Origin: Gammaproteobacteria bacterium
Lineage (GTDB): Bacteria; Pseudomonadota; Gammaproteobacteria; JAUZRS01
Length of the DNA stretch: 64,000 bases
Reading direction: 5' to 3'
Assembly: GCA_030949385.1 (NCBI GenBank)
Contig: JAUZSP010000002.1
Span: forward strand, 200,534-264,533
The position numbers were made by a program, and so were the translations under genes. Positions 1 through 11,429 of the stretch are shown in pieces (position 1 is the first letter of the stretch; each line of letters opens with the position of its first letter). The notes beneath the pieces were generated by a model. That model was not told where the DNA came from, did no database searches, and was given only the letters and a program-made list of their open reading frames with translations.

Positions 1-797
1 CTCAACTCATTCACTGCCGCCAACATCTCGCCATCGTCGGTGAGGGCTTGGGCGATGGCGCTGGAGCAGGCGGTGACGGGGTTGATGCCGTCAACGATTA
101 ATTTTCCGGTGTGAACCAACAGGCGAGTACTGGCACCTTCGTCTAGGCCACTGCCTTTCAGATTGCGGGTCATCTGAGCAAACTTGACCAACTGGCGGGC
201 GGTCTGTTGATCAACCCCGGTCTCTTTCTCGACGATCTTTTGTTCCAGTGCGCTGCTGGGGTAATCAAACTCCAAGGCCACAAATCGCTGCCGGGTGCTC
301 TGCTTTAGATCTTTGAGCACACTTTGATAACCCGGATTGTAGGAGATCGCCATGCAAAAATCGTCAGGCGCTTCCAGTAACTCACCCAGTTTTTCCATCG
401 GCAGATTGCGCCGATCATCGGTCAGAGGGTGGATCACCACGGTGGTGTCTTTACGCGCTTCGACAATTTCATCCAGATAACAGATGGCTCCGGCTTTCAC
501 TGAGGCGGCCAGCGGGCCATCCATCCAGACCGTTTCACCGCCACTGATTAAATAACGCCCGACCAGATCGGAGGCGGTCAGATCGTCGTGGCAGGAGACG
601 GTGATCAGGGGGCGTTTGAGTCGCCACGCCATGTACTCCATAAAACGGGTTTTGCCGCAGCCAGTAGGGCCTTTGAGCAGCACCGGCAGTTGGTTGCGAT
701 AGGCTGCCTCAAAGATGGCAATTTCCTCGCCAATCGCTTCGTAATAGGGTTCATTTTTAACGTAGTGCTGTTCGGGTTTGATGCTGCGCGCCTTCAT
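1..797 (-). CDS. MoxR-type AAA+ ATPase of the CbbQ/NorQ/NirQ family (nearly full length; last C-terminal residues run off the window edge)
   Basis: Minus-strand translation from ATG at 797..795, preceded by a GAGAGGAG Shine-Dalgarno. Walker [13 protein letters not shown] and conserved [17 protein letters not shown] and [12 protein letters not shown] blocks align closely with CbbQ/NorQ over about 265 aa. CbbQ versus NorQ cannot be decided because no cbbO, RuBisCO or nor gene is in the window. Confidence 0.75.
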   Translation of the reverse strand, partial: MKARSIKPEQHYVKNEPYYEAIGEEIAIFEAAYRNQLPVLLKGPTGCGKTRFMEYMAWRLKRPLITVSCHDDLTASDLVGRYLISGGETVWMDGPLAASVKAGAICYLDEIVEARKDTTVVIHPLTDDRRNLPMEKLGELLEAPDDFCMAISYNPGYQSVLKDLKQSTRQRFVALEFDYPSSALEQKIVEKETGVDQQTARQLVKFAQMTRNLKGSGLDEGASTRLLVHTGKLIVDGINPVTACSSAIAQALTDDGEMLAAVNEL

Positions 798-1079
798 AAC
801 GGCTCCTCTCTGCCAATAAGTGATCTGGAGTCGAACGCTAACGTGAAGCGAGGGATTAAACAACCGTAGAATATACAGGGTTACTGGCACTCTATTGGGT
901 CTGTTTATCACTGCATCGGAATTATCTATAGGATATTTGCTGCGAACCGGAGTATCTTTGCAGGTTGTATTTATGGGGCTGCGCAATCGTATTGATGTGA
1001 TCAGCCACCTTTTCATCGAGTCTACGGCACCGTTTTTGGTGTCTGAGCCGTTTATTTGATCCTTTATGGAGGAGCGTAA

Positions 1080-2375
1080 ATGACGGAAGTAATCGCAACC
1101 AACCAGACGATTCTGGTGGTCGGTGGTGGAGTGAGCGGTATGACCGCTGCTCTGGAAGCCGCTGAAATGGGTAAAAAGGTCGTTTTAGTTGAAAAACGGG
1201 CTTTTATTGGTGGTCGAATCACACAGTTGTATAAATATTTCCCTAAGCTGTGTCATCCAACCTGTGGTCTGGAGATCAATCAGCGCCGCGCTAAAATGAA
1301 TCCGAATTTAACCATTCTGACTCTGGCGCAGGTGACGGATTTGACCGGTTCCGAGGGCAATTACAGCGCTAAGGTGACCATCAGTCCACGTTACGTTAAT
1401 GAAAATTGCACCGCGTGTGGCGATTGTGCCAAGGCGGTGGATGCGGAGTTCGACAACGAATTTAATTACGGTCTTGGAGCGATGAAAAAGCGCAAAGGCG
1501 CTTATTTGCCGTACAACATGGCGCATCCGCAAACCTACGTTTTGGATCCGGCGATGATCGGCACCGAAGACGCAGAGAAAGCCAAAGCGGCCTGTAAATA
1601 CAACGCCATCGACTTGGATATGCAAGAAGAGGTCTTGGAGCTGAACATCGGCGCGGTGATCTGGGCGACCGGTTGGCGGCCTTACGATGCGGCTAAAATT
1701 CAGCCTTACGGCTATGACCGCATCGCCAATGTCATTACCAGCGTTGAGTTTGAACGCATGATGGACGCTTCAGGCCCTACTGGGGGCAAGTTGATTCGTC
1801 CTTCTGATGGCAAAGAAGCCAAAGACGTGGCGTTTATCCAGTGTGCTGGTTCGCGGGATAGCAATCATCTTAAACACTGCTCGCGCATCTGTTGCATGGC
1901 TTCATTGAAACAGTCCACCTACGTCAGTGAGCAGTTTGCCGACAGTGGTAAATCCACCATTTATTACATCGACATTCGTGCCATTGACCGTTTTGAAGAT
2001 TTTTACAAAAAGGTGCAGGCGAATAAAAACGTCTCCTTTGTGAAATCCAAAGTGGCCAACATCATTGAAGATAAAGCCACTGGCAATCCGATTTTGCGCG
2101 GTGTGGATACGGAAGGCTATCACCGTTATGAACAACCTCATGATCTGGTGGTGCTGGCGATTGGTATGGAGCCAAGCCTCAATGAAGCGGGTTTCCCAGG
2201 TGATGTGGTCATTAACGAACACGGCTTTATCGAACGTGATGAAAGCAACGGCGCGATTTTCGCCGCCGGTTGTGCGGCGGATGCGCTGGACGTGAACCGT
2301 GCGGTGCAAAGTGCAACGGCGGCTTCATTGCGAGCGATCCAAGTGGTGAATCGCGTTGCCAGAGCGGAGGGCTAA
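1080..2375 (+). CDS. qmoA: HdrA-like FAD flavoprotein (QmoA-type)
   Basis: N-terminal dinucleotide-binding [17 protein letters not shown] Cys cluster [11 protein letters not shown]. HdrA/thioredoxin-reductase-like FAD domain. GGAGGAGCG RBS before the ATG. First gene of a tightly spaced four-gene cluster. Confidence 0.7.
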   Translation: MTEVIATNQTILVVGGGVSGMTAALEAAEMGKKVVLVEKRAFIGGRITQLYKYFPKLCHPTCGLEINQRRAKMNPNLTILTLAQVTDLTGSEGNYSAKVTISPRYVNENCTACGDCAKAVDAEFDNEFNYGLGAMKKRKGAYLPYNMAHPQTYVLDPAMIGTEDAEKAKAACKYNAIDLDMQEEVLELNIGAVIWATGWRPYDAAKIQPYGYDRIANVITSVEFERMMDASGPTGGKLIRPSDGKEAKDVAFIQCAGSRDSNHLKHCSRICCMASLKQSTYVSEQFADSGKSTIYYIDIRAIDRFEDFYKKVQANKNVSFVKSKVANIIEDKATGNPILRGVDTEGYHRYEQPHDLVVLAIGMEPSLNEAGFPGDVVINEHGFIERDESNGAIFAAGCAADALDVNRAVQSATAASLRAIQVVNRVARAEG

Positions 2376-2379
2376 GACG

Positions 2380-4371
2380 ATGGCAGACGAAAAGAAAGTA
2401 GGTGCTTATATTTGTTCTGGTTGTGGCATTGGTGATCGCCTGAACATGGGGCAGTTGGAGATGACCGCCACCCGCGACGGCAAAGCGAAAGTCTGTAAAA
2501 CCCATGACTTCCTCTGTTCCAAAGCCGGTGTGCAGATGATTCAAGACGACATCGACAACGAAGGTGTTAATCAGTTGGCCATTGCGGCCTGTTCGCGCCG
2601 CGCTAAAGTTGAAGCGTTCAACTTCAGTGGTGTATCACAGACTCGCGTTAATTTGCGTGAAGGGGTGATCTGGGCGCGTCCTGAAGGCGACGAGCACACA
2701 GAAACCACTCAAGAGATGGCTGACGATTACGTCCGTATGGGTTGTCATGAGGTCAAAGCCATGAACGTTCCCACCGGCTCTGAAGAGCAGCCGTTGGTGA
2801 AAAGTGTGCTGGTGGTGGGGGGCGGGATTACCGGCCTGACCGCCGCGATTGAAAGTTTCAAAACCGGTTACTCCGTGACCTTGGTGGAAAAAAGCGGTGC
2901 TCTGGGTGGCATGGCGGGCGATCTGTACAAACGAGTGCCGACTCGTGCGCCGTACGCTGAGCCAGAAGAGACGGGGGTTGCTGAGTTGATTGAAGCGGTG
3001 AACGCCGCCGATGGCATCAGCGTACATCTGAACACCACCGTGACCAAAACCGCCGGTGCGCCTGGTCGGTTTGAGATTGATCTGAGCACCGAAAGCGGCA
3101 GCACGGAGACCGCCACGGTGGGTGCCATTGTGCAAGCGAGCGGCATGAAAGCTTACGATGCCAATCAGCTGCCGGAATTTGCGTATGGAAAACATGCCGA
3201 TGTGGTGACCAACGTCGAGTTGGAAGCGTTGGCTAAAGCCGCCAACGGCGGGCCGATGAAACGGCCTTCCGATGGCAAAGAGATTAAAAGCGTTACCTTT
3301 ATTCAGTGTGCCGGTCAGCGTTCTGAGAAAGAAGGTCATCTCTCTTACTGTTCGGGGTTCTGCTGCAATACATCCATCAAGCAGGCGATGTATTTCAAAG
3401 AGAGCAACCCCAATGCGGATACCACGATCCTGTTTACCGATCTGCGTACCCCAGGTGCGGGTGGCGAAGATTTCTATCGCTCTGGGCAGAAAAAAGGCAT
3501 TCTTTTTTCTAAAGGCGAGGTCTCCGAAGTGGTGCCTTCTGCTGAGGGTCTGGAAGTCAAATTTAACGATCTGATTCTGGGCGAAGAGACCTCCATGCAG
3601 GCGGATTTGGTGGTGTTGGCCACCGGTCAAGTGCCGAATTCTGGCCCTGATCCTTACGCCGTTGCTCCAAGCAAAGAAGAGCAGGAAGCGGCTGAAGCAT
3701 CGAACACCGTTGAGATCAGTGTTGAATCCATTCTGAACTTGGATTACCGTCAAGGTACCGATCTGCCGCATCTCTCCAACGGTTTTACCGATTCGCATTT
3801 CATTTGTTTCCCTTATGAAACCCGTCGTACGGGGATCTATTCAGCAGGGCCGGTACGTCGTCCGATGGACACCTTGCAGGCGCAAGACGATGCCATGGGC
3901 GCGGCGCTGAAAGCGATTCAATCCGCTGAAAATGCCGGTCAAGGTCGTGCCGCACATCCGCGTTCGGGGGATCTCTCTTATCCGCTGTTTAGCAAAGAAG
4001 GCTGTACGCAGTGCAAACGCTGTACAGTGGAGTGTCCCTTTGGTGCCATCGACGAAGACGAACGTGGCTTTCCGAAGTTCAATGAGTCCCGTTGTCGCCG
4101 TTGCGGTACCTGCATGGGGGCCTGTCCTGTACGGGTGATTTCCTTTGATAACTACTCCGTTGATACCGTGGGCAATCAGATCAAAAACGTCGATATTCCC
4201 GATGAGTTTGATGAAAAACCACGGATCTTGGTGCTGGCTTGTGAAAACGACGCTTATCCTGCACTGGATATGGGGGCTCAAAACGGCTACCACTACAGCC
4301 AGTGGGCACGGGTGATTCCGGTCCGCTGTTTAGGCTCGGTCAACACCGTTTGGTTAACCGATGCGCTTTGA
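2380..4371 (+). CDS. qmoB: HdrA-like FAD/FeS protein with 2x[4Fe-4S] ferredoxin domain (QmoB-type); reading frame broken at its 3' end
   Basis: N-terminal Cys-rich region (CSGCGIGD, CKTHDFLC). FAD motif VLVVGGGITGLTAAIE. Two CxxCxxCxxxCP motifs (CTQCKRCTVECP, CRRCGTCMGACP). The stop TGA at 4369-4371 falls in the middle of an MvhD-like domain that continues in another frame (see 4302..4625). Confidence 0.7.
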   Translation: MADEKKVGAYICSGCGIGDRLNMGQLEMTATRDGKAKVCKTHDFLCSKAGVQMIQDDIDNEGVNQLAIAACSRRAKVEAFNFSGVSQTRVNLREGVIWARPEGDEHTETTQEMADDYVRMGCHEVKAMNVPTGSEEQPLVKSVLVVGGGITGLTAAIESFKTGYSVTLVEKSGALGGMAGDLYKRVPTRAPYAEPEETGVAELIEAVNAADGISVHLNTTVTKTAGAPGRFEIDLSTESGSTETATVGAIVQASGMKAYDANQLPEFAYGKHADVVTNVELEALAKAANGGPMKRPSDGKEIKSVTFIQCAGQRSEKEGHLSYCSGFCCNTSIKQAMYFKESNPNADTTILFTDLRTPGAGGEDFYRSGQKKGILFSKGEVSEVVPSAEGLEVKFNDLILGEETSMQADLVVLATGQVPNSGPDPYAVAPSKEEQEAAEASNTVEISVESILNLDYRQGTDLPHLSNGFTDSHFICFPYETRRTGIYSAGPVRRPMDTLQAQDDAMGAALKAIQSAENAGQGRAAHPRSGDLSYPLFSKEGCTQCKRCTVECPFGAIDEDERGFPKFNESRCRRCGTCMGACPVRVISFDNYSVDTVGNQIKNVDIPDEFDEKPRILVLACENDAYPALDMGAQNGYHYSQWARVIPVRCLGSVNTVWLTDAL

Positions 4372-4625
4372 GTGAAGGTTACGATGGTGTGGTCTTGATG
4401 GGCTGTCAAAAAGGGGATGACTATCAGTGTCATTTTGTCAAAGGATCTGAGGTGGCCAGCATGCGTATGGGTAAAATTGCCGATACGTTGCAGCAGTTGA
4501 GTCTGGAAGCGGAGCGGGTCTCGACTTATGAAGTGGCCATTACTGACATCCAACGTGCGCCGCAGTTGATCAACGATATGGCCGACACCATTGAGAAGAT
4601 CGGTATGAGCCCCTTCAAATTCTAG
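4302..4625 (+). CDS. MvhD-like (methyl-viologen-reducing hydrogenase delta) domain, out-of-frame continuation of qmoB
   Basis: GYDGVVLMGCQKGDDYQCHFVKGSEVASMRMGKIADTLQQLSL matches the MvhD consensus (GADGVLVxGCHxGDCHYxxGNxKAxxR). Joined to the VIPVRCLGSVNTVWLTDAL end of the upstream ORF it gives a continuous MvhD domain. The frames switch in the TTT run at 4367-4369. Confidence 0.65.
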   Translation: MGTGDSGPLFRLGQHRLVNRCALSEGYDGVVLMGCQKGDDYQCHFVKGSEVASMRMGKIADTLQQLSLEAERVSTYEVAITDIQRAPQLINDMADTIEKIGMSPFKF

Positions 4626-4634
4626 GAGATCAAG

Positions 4635-5264
4635 ATGAGCGAACTTAACACTGCGATGGTGGAAAAATATCGCAACAGTTTCCTCCATGAAGTGGAGGCC
4701 AACGTCGAACAGGGCGATTGGGTCAAGATGTGTATGCAGTGTGGGGTCTGTTCGGGTTCTTGCCCGCTCGGCTCGCACTGGGAACATTCACCCCAAAAGC
4801 TCTTTATGATGATTCGTGCCGGTAAGCGTGAAGAGGTGCTTAGCTCCGACTCCATGTGGATGTGTACCTCGTGTTACAACTGTGTGGTGCGTTGTCCGCG
4901 TGAAGTGCCGATCACCCACATCATGCACGGTTTGGCCAGTTACGCGAAGCGTTTGGGGCTGGTGCCTAAAGGGCAACAGACGGCCAAATTTGCCCAGCAT
5001 TTCTGGGACAACCTGGTCAAAAAAGGTCGGGTTAACGAGCTGAAGTTGGGCTTGAACCTCTACTTTATGAACGGTTTTGCCGAGGGTGTTAAAACCTCGC
5101 TGAAGATGAAAGACATCGGTTTGGGCATGATGAGAACCAAGCGCATGAACCCGATGGAGATCTTCGGTGGCCATAAAGTGAAAGACCTTGACGGCTTCCA
5201 AGCGATGGTGAAAAAAGCCCAAGAGATCGAAACGTCCCGCATTGAAAAGAACATGAACGCCTAA
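4635..5264 (+). CDS. hdrC: HdrC-like iron-sulfur subunit (two CX2CX2CX3CP ferredoxin motifs)
   Basis: CMQCGVCSGSCP and CTSCYNCVVRCP motifs. GGAG RBS. 9 bp after the MvhD fragment. Confidence 0.7.
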   Translation: MSELNTAMVEKYRNSFLHEVEANVEQGDWVKMCMQCGVCSGSCPLGSHWEHSPQKLFMMIRAGKREEVLSSDSMWMCTSCYNCVVRCPREVPITHIMHGLASYAKRLGLVPKGQQTAKFAQHFWDNLVKKGRVNELKLGLNLYFMNGFAEGVKTSLKMKDIGLGMMRTKRMNPMEIFGGHKVKDLDGFQAMVKKAQEIETSRIEKNMNA

Positions 5265-5275
5265 GGAGCTGAACG

Positions 5276-6175
5276 ATGGCGACTAAAGAATATTCGTTTT
5301 ACCCAGGTTGCTCTTCGCAGAAGGGAGCCTCATCGTCCAACTACCTCATCTCGGTGAATTCGATGTGTGAGGAGTTGGACATTAAGCTGAATCACATTCC
5401 AGATTGGAACTGTTGTTCAGCGTCGATTGGTTACGCCAGTGGTGGCGAACTGCCGCGCATGGCGCTGTCGGCGCGCAACATTGCGCTGTCGGAAGAGCAC
5501 AACCCGGGTCAAGAGATTGTGGCCACCTGTGCGGCCTGTTGGTTGGCGACCCGCGAAACTTCAGAGCGTTTGAAAGACAACAGCGACCTGATGGCGGAGA
5601 CCAACGAAGCCTTGGCGATGGCGGGGTTGAAGTTGAAAAACGAAACCCCAATCAAGCACATGGTCGAGGTTTTGATTGAAGACTTTGGTTACGATGCCAT
5701 TGGCGCGAAGGTGAAAAAACCACTGGAAGGGATCAAGATTGCCGGTTATGTCGGCTGTCAGACCAACCGTCCGTTTGGTATTGAGGGCGAATCTTTCGAG
5801 AACCCAAAATACTTGGACAAGTTGGTTGAGACCTTGGGCGCAGAGCCAATTGATAACTACGACAAAAAAGTTCAATGTTGTGGTGGTGCGCTGGCCTTCT
5901 CTGAGCCAGAGAAATCCCAAGCGATGATTAAAGACATCATTGAAGCGGCTTACGATGGCGGTGCCGAGATGATCGTCACCCCGTGTCCGGTCTGCCAGAT
6001 GAACGTTGAGGTTTATCAAGATCAGATTAACGCCAAATACGGCACCAAGTTTAATATGCCAGTGACCTACTACTCCACTCTGATGAGTGTGGCGTACGGT
6101 CGTTCGGCAAAAGACTCGGCGCTGGATGGTCAGATCATTCGTGCGACTCGACTGGAAGAGATTGCCGCTAAATAA
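5276..6175 (+). CDS. hdrB: HdrB-like subunit with CCG (Cys-rich) domains
   Basis: CCG-type motifs (DWNCCSAS, VQCCGGALA, CPVCQMN) typical of HdrB/GlpC/succinate-dehydrogenase subunit C family. 11 bp after hdrC. Confidence 0.7.
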   Translation: MATKEYSFYPGCSSQKGASSSNYLISVNSMCEELDIKLNHIPDWNCCSASIGYASGGELPRMALSARNIALSEEHNPGQEIVATCAACWLATRETSERLKDNSDLMAETNEALAMAGLKLKNETPIKHMVEVLIEDFGYDAIGAKVKKPLEGIKIAGYVGCQTNRPFGIEGESFENPKYLDKLVETLGAEPIDNYDKKVQCCGGALAFSEPEKSQAMIKDIIEAAYDGGAEMIVTPCPVCQMNVEVYQDQINAKYGTKFNMPVTYYSTLMSVAYGRSAKDSALDGQIIRATRLEEIAAK

Positions 6176-6198
6176 GCCGTAATTTTTGATGGTTGAAA

Positions 6199-6237
6199 AA
6201 AGCCCCGCTGAGGTTTCTTGGCGGGGCTTTTTTTGTG
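6199..6237 (+). terminator. Rho-independent terminator after the hdrB-like gene
   Basis: AGCCCCGC ... GCGGGGCT stem followed by a run of 7 T. Confidence 0.6.
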
Positions 6238-6322
6238 CTTGGAAGTTGCACCTTACGGCGGTAGGTGGAAAAATTTCCACCCTTGTTTTGATTCGGGCGA
6301 ATATGGAATTTGCCCCTACAGC

Positions 6323-6931
6323 CTACCCTGTACCAAACAGTGATTTTAAATCCAACGTTATAGCAGGCAAAGCCTCAAGGCTGATCTCCCCCAAGGTTTC
6401 GAGCCGGTGTTGCTGTTGATAGGTTCCATCAATCGGCTGCCGATAAATCTCCAGTGCCTTGCCCTCCACATTGACAATCCAGATCTCAGGAATTTCCGCT
6501 TGCGCGTAGAGCGGCAGTTTGACCGTGCGGTCGTAACGCAGGGTGCTGTCGGCTACTTCAATAATCAGATAAATTTCTTCGGCTCTGGGGTGAGCGGAGC
6601 TGTAAAAATCATCACGGTAGTGCAACAGCGCAATGTCGGGTTGAGGTTCGGATAAGTCGCTGAGGATGACCGGGTCTTGGACTGAAATAATGGCTGCATG
6701 AGCCGCTGCTTGGTTACAAAGATGGCTGAGTTTTTTCACAATTCCGGCGTGTTGGCTGCCAATGGGTGCCATATCAATGACTTCTCCGGTAATGAGTTCA
6801 ACATGATCTTGTGCAGATAAAATACCACTCTCCACCATGCGGTGATAATCGGCGATGCTGAAGCCGTGAGGGTGTGGCTCAAAGGGGGCGGCTGTGGCCA
6901 TCGTGTTCTCCAATATGGGGAAAGTTGGCAT
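6323..6931 (-). CDS. Uma2-family (DUF820) restriction-endonuclease-like protein
   Basis: About 200 aa. Conserved acidic/His residues and a C-terminal EIPEIWIVNVEGKALEIYRQP-like segment characteristic of Uma2 proteins. Isolated gene between a terminator and murA. Confidence 0.5.
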   Translation of the reverse strand: MPTFPILENTMATAAPFEPHPHGFSIADYHRMVESGILSAQDHVELITGEVIDMAPIGSQHAGIVKKLSHLCNQAAAHAAIISVQDPVILSDLSEPQPDIALLHYRDDFYSSAHPRAEEIYLIIEVADSTLRYDRTVKLPLYAQAEIPEIWIVNVEGKALEIYRQPIDGTYQQQHRLETLGEISLEALPAITLDLKSLFGTG

Positions 6932-7080
6932 TGGACGGATATTGGGCAGATATTGGGCGGAAAATATTCCGCCCCTACAGCAAGGTTAATCAAAATAGAG
7001 CGTAATGACCACCGTGATTGGCGATTTCTCTCATGACCGCTGTTTTGTCCGGTTTCTCTGCTCGTCGTTTTTCTATATGA

Positions 7081-8385
<1,305 letters not shown>

Positions 8386-8390
8386 ATTTC

Positions 8391-9041
8391 ATGAGTACAA
8401 CAATGAAACATGGATTAACCATTGCCCTCTCTAAAGGGCGGATTTACAAAGAGACCTTGCCTCTGTTGGCCGCTGCCGGTATCGAGCCGTTGGATGACCC
8501 TGAAAAGAGCCGAAAGCTGATTTTGGATACCAATCATGATGATGTGAAGTTGGTCATTATTCGTGCCTCCGATGTGCCAACCTACGTTCAGTACGGTGCA
8601 GCGGATGTGGGTGTGGCGGGCAAAGATGTTTTGATGGAGCACGGTGGCGAGGGCTTGTATGAGCCGCTGGATCTGAAAATCGCCCGTTGCAAATTGATGA
8701 CCGCAGGTCCCGTTGGTTTTGTGGAGCCAAAACAGGGACGGCTGCGCATTGCGACCAAGTTTGTCAACTGCGCGCAACGTTATTTTGCTGAGCAAGGGCG
8801 ACAAGTGGAGGTGATCAAGCTCTACGGTTCGATGGAGTTGGGGCCGATTGTGGGGCTGTCCGATCTGATCGTGGATGTGGTGGACACGGGCAACACCTTG
8901 CGCGCCAACGGCTTGGAGCCGATGGATCACATTGCTGACATCAGCTCCCGCTTGGTGGTCAATAAAGCGTCGATGAAAATGAAACACGCCCGAGTGCAGC
9001 AGCTGATTGAACGCTTTGCCGCTGCGGTTGAGTCTGAGTAA
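8391..9041 (+). CDS. hisG: ATP phosphoribosyltransferase, short form
   Basis: About 215 aa HisG(S)-type sequence ([18 protein letters not shown]...). Likely start at MKHGL (8403). Confidence 0.9.
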   Translation: MSTTMKHGLTIALSKGRIYKETLPLLAAAGIEPLDDPEKSRKLILDTNHDDVKLVIIRASDVPTYVQYGAADVGVAGKDVLMEHGGEGLYEPLDLKIARCKLMTAGPVGFVEPKQGRLRIATKFVNCAQRYFAEQGRQVEVIKLYGSMELGPIVGLSDLIVDVVDTGNTLRANGLEPMDHIADISSRLVVNKASMKMKHARVQQLIERFAAAVESE

Positions 9042-9051
9042 GGAAAGAGCG

Positions 9052-10128
9052 ATGAAATATCAAACCGACGATTTGCGCATTGTTGAGATTAAAAAACTGC
9101 TGAAACCCCGCGAGCTGCACGCCCAGCACCCGCTCAGTGAGGCGGCAGCCAAGACGGTGTTTGAAGCGCGCCAAGGTATTGGCGATATTTTGCATAACCG
9201 TGATGATCGTTTGCTGGTGATTGTTGGCCCCTGTTCCATTCATGACCCAAAAGCGGCGCGTGATTATGCGAGTAAATTACAGGCGGTCAGCCAAGAACTG
9301 AAAAAAGAGCTGCTGATTGTGATGCGGGTTTATTTTGAAAAACCACGCACCACCGTCGGCTGGAAAGGGCTGATTAATGACCCCGATCTGGATGGCAGTT
9401 TTGAGATCAACAAAGGTTTGGGGCTGGCGCGCCACCTGCTGTCAGACATTGCCGAAATGGGTTTGCCTGCCGGTACCGAATATCTGGATCTGATCAGCCC
9501 GCAGTACGTTGCCGATCTGGTCTCTTGGGGGGCGATTGGCGCGCGCACCACCGAAAGCCAAGCGCACCGTGAATTGGCCTCGGGTTTGTCTTGTCCGGTG
9601 GGCTTTAAAAACGGCACCGACGGTGGCTTGCAGGTGGCGGTGGATGCCATCGGTTCGGCTTCGCGGCCACATAATTTTCTCTCGGTGACCAAGGGCGGCA
9701 ATTCGGCTATTTTTGCCACCAGTGGCAACCCCGATTGCCATGTGATTCTGCGCGGCGGCAAGCAGCCCAATTACGATGCCGCCAGTGTTGATGATGCCTC
9801 CGGTTTGTTGAGCAAAGCCAGCCTGCTGCCGCGTTTGATGGTGGATTGCAGCCACGCCAACAGCCGTAAAATGCCCGAACGGCAGGGGGACGTGTGCCGC
9901 GATGTGGCGCATCAAGTGGCCAACGGCGATGAGCGTATTTTTGGTTTGATGTTGGAGAGCCATCTGGTGGCGGGACGGCAGGATGTCATTGACGTGGATG
10001 ATTTGGTTTACGGTCAGAGCATCACCGATGCCTGCATTGATTGGCAGAGCACGGTGCCGTTGCTGCATGAATTGGCCGCAGCGGTGCGTGAACGGCGCAG
10101 CTTGAAACAGACTGAGGAGGCGCTGTGA
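9052..10128 (+). CDS. aroG: Class I (AroG/F/H-type) 3-deoxy-7-phosphoheptulonate (DAHP) synthase
   Basis: [17 protein letters not shown]...[10 protein letters not shown]...[20 protein letters not shown]... Colinear with E. coli AroG over the full length. Sits between hisG and hisD. Confidence 0.9.
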   Translation: MKYQTDDLRIVEIKKLLKPRELHAQHPLSEAAAKTVFEARQGIGDILHNRDDRLLVIVGPCSIHDPKAARDYASKLQAVSQELKKELLIVMRVYFEKPRTTVGWKGLINDPDLDGSFEINKGLGLARHLLSDIAEMGLPAGTEYLDLISPQYVADLVSWGAIGARTTESQAHRELASGLSCPVGFKNGTDGGLQVAVDAIGSASRPHNFLSVTKGGNSAIFATSGNPDCHVILRGGKQPNYDAASVDDASGLLSKASLLPRLMVDCSHANSRKMPERQGDVCRDVAHQVANGDERIFGLMLESHLVAGRQDVIDVDDLVYGQSITDACIDWQSTVPLLHELAAAVRERRSLKQTEEAL

Positions 10129-11429
10129 TGGCGATGATAAAACGCTTAAATTCAGCAGAGAACGAATTTCAGAGTGATTTGGAGTCGTTGTTGGCGTGGG
10201 AGAGTGGCTCTGATGAGGCGATTCAAGCGCGGGTGGCGGAGATTTTGGCGGCAGTTAAAACGCAAGGCGATGCCGCACTGCTGGAGTACACCGCTCGTTT
10301 TGATGCCCTGAGTGTGGATTCGATGGCCGAGTTGGAGATTCCGCAAGCGCGTCTGCGTCAAGCGTTGGAGAGCATTCCAAAAGTGCAACGTGAAGCCCTG
10401 CGTCTCTCGGTGCAACGTCTGCAAGCCTACGCTGAACATCAAAAGATGAGTTCGTGGAGTTTCACCGAAGACGACGGCACGGTTTTGGGTCAGCAGGTAA
10501 CGCCGCTGGATCGAGTCGGTTTGTATGTGCCGGGCGGCAAGGCGGCTTATCCTTCCTCGGTGTTGATGAACGCCATCCCCGCTAAAGTGGCGGGGGTGGC
10601 GGAGTTGATTATGGTGGTGCCCACTCCCGGCGGTGAGGTCAATGAATTGGTCTTGGCTGCGGCCTGTTTGGCGGAGGTGGATCGCGTTTTCACCGTCGGT
10701 GGCGCGCAAGCGGTGGCGGCTTTGGCTTACGGCACAGAAACGGTGCCACCGGTGGATAAGATCGTCGGCCCTGGCAATATTTACGTCGCCAGTGCCAAAC
10801 GCATGGTGTTTGGCACCGTGGGCATCGACATGATTGCTGGGCCGTCAGAGATTTTGATCATCTGTGATGGCAAAACCGATCCCGATTGGATTGCGATGGA
10901 TCTGTTTTCACAAGCGGAACATGACGAAGACGCGCAGTCTATTTTGCTCTGCCCCGATGCGGCGTATCTGGATCAAGTGGAGGCGAGTATTGAGCGGCTG
11001 ATGGATGAGATGCCACGGCGGCAGATCATCGAAACCTCCCTCAGTGAGCGTGGGGCGTTGATTCAGGTCAAGGATTTGGATGAGGCGGTGCGTATTGCCA
11101 ACTTTATCGCGCCAGAACATCTGGAGCTGTCGGTGGAGAACGCCGAGGATATGGCTAAGGAAATTCGTCACGCGGGCGCGATCTTTATGGGGCGTTTCAC
11201 CGCTGAGGCGTTGGGTGATTATTGCGCCGGTCCGAATCATGTGCTGCCCACTTCGCGTACGGCGCGTTTCTCGTCGCCGTTGGGGGTGTACGATTTTCAA
11301 AAACGCTCCAGCTTGATCGGCTGCTCTGCTGAGGGCGGTTCAACGCTGGGGCGCACCGCGTCTATTTTGGCGCACGGTGAGGGCTTGGTGGCTCATGCAC
11401 GTTCGGCTGAGTATCGGATTAAGTCGTAG
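10125..11429 (+). CDS. hisD: Histidinol dehydrogenase
   Basis: 434 aa. Conserved HisD blocks ([38 protein letters not shown]). 4-bp overlap with the preceding gene. Confidence 0.95.
   Translation: MMAMIKRLNSAENEFQSDLESLLAWESGSDEAIQARVAEILAAVKTQGDAALLEYTARFDALSVDSMAELEIPQARLRQALESIPKVQREALRLSVQRLQAYAEHQKMSSWSFTEDDGTVLGQQVTPLDRVGLYVPGGKAAYPSSVLMNAIPAKVAGVAELIMVVPTPGGEVNELVLAAACLAEVDRVFTVGGAQAVAALAYGTETVPPVDKIVGPGNIYVASAKRMVFGTVGIDMIAGPSEILIICDGKTDPDWIAMDLFSQAEHDEDAQSILLCPDAAYLDQVEASIERLMDEMPRRQIIETSLSERGALIQVKDLDEAVRIANFIAPEHLELSVENAEDMAKEIRHAGAIFMGRFTAEALGDYCAGPNHVLPTSRTARFSSPLGVYDFQKRSSLIGCSAEGGSTLGRTASILAHGEGLVAHARSAEYRIKS

Noticed and set aside
860-885. Possible sigma54 (-24/-12) promoter TGGCAC-N5-TTGGG between cbbQ-like and qmoA
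   Set aside because: The -12 element lacks the conserved GC dinucleotide, so the match to the TGGCAC-N5-TTGCW consensus is too poor.
2635-3798. Long antisense ORFs in the six-frame track inside qmoB, parE, the GGDEF gene and hoxC/hoxB (e.g. 2635..3798, 15138..15983, 49888..50766, 60147..60815)
   Set aside because: Each lies opposite a gene with strong motif-level homology. Their translations are low-complexity and Arg/His/Gln-rich, typical of GC-rich antisense frames, with no recognisable domains or RBS.
4369-4371. In-frame TGA in qmoB as a selenocysteine codon (HdrA and MvhD/VhuD homologues can be selenoproteins)
   Set aside because: Reading through the TGA in the same frame gives VKVTMVWS-stop with no MvhD similarity. 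The MvhD motif continues only in the shifted frame, so this is a frameshift, not recoding.
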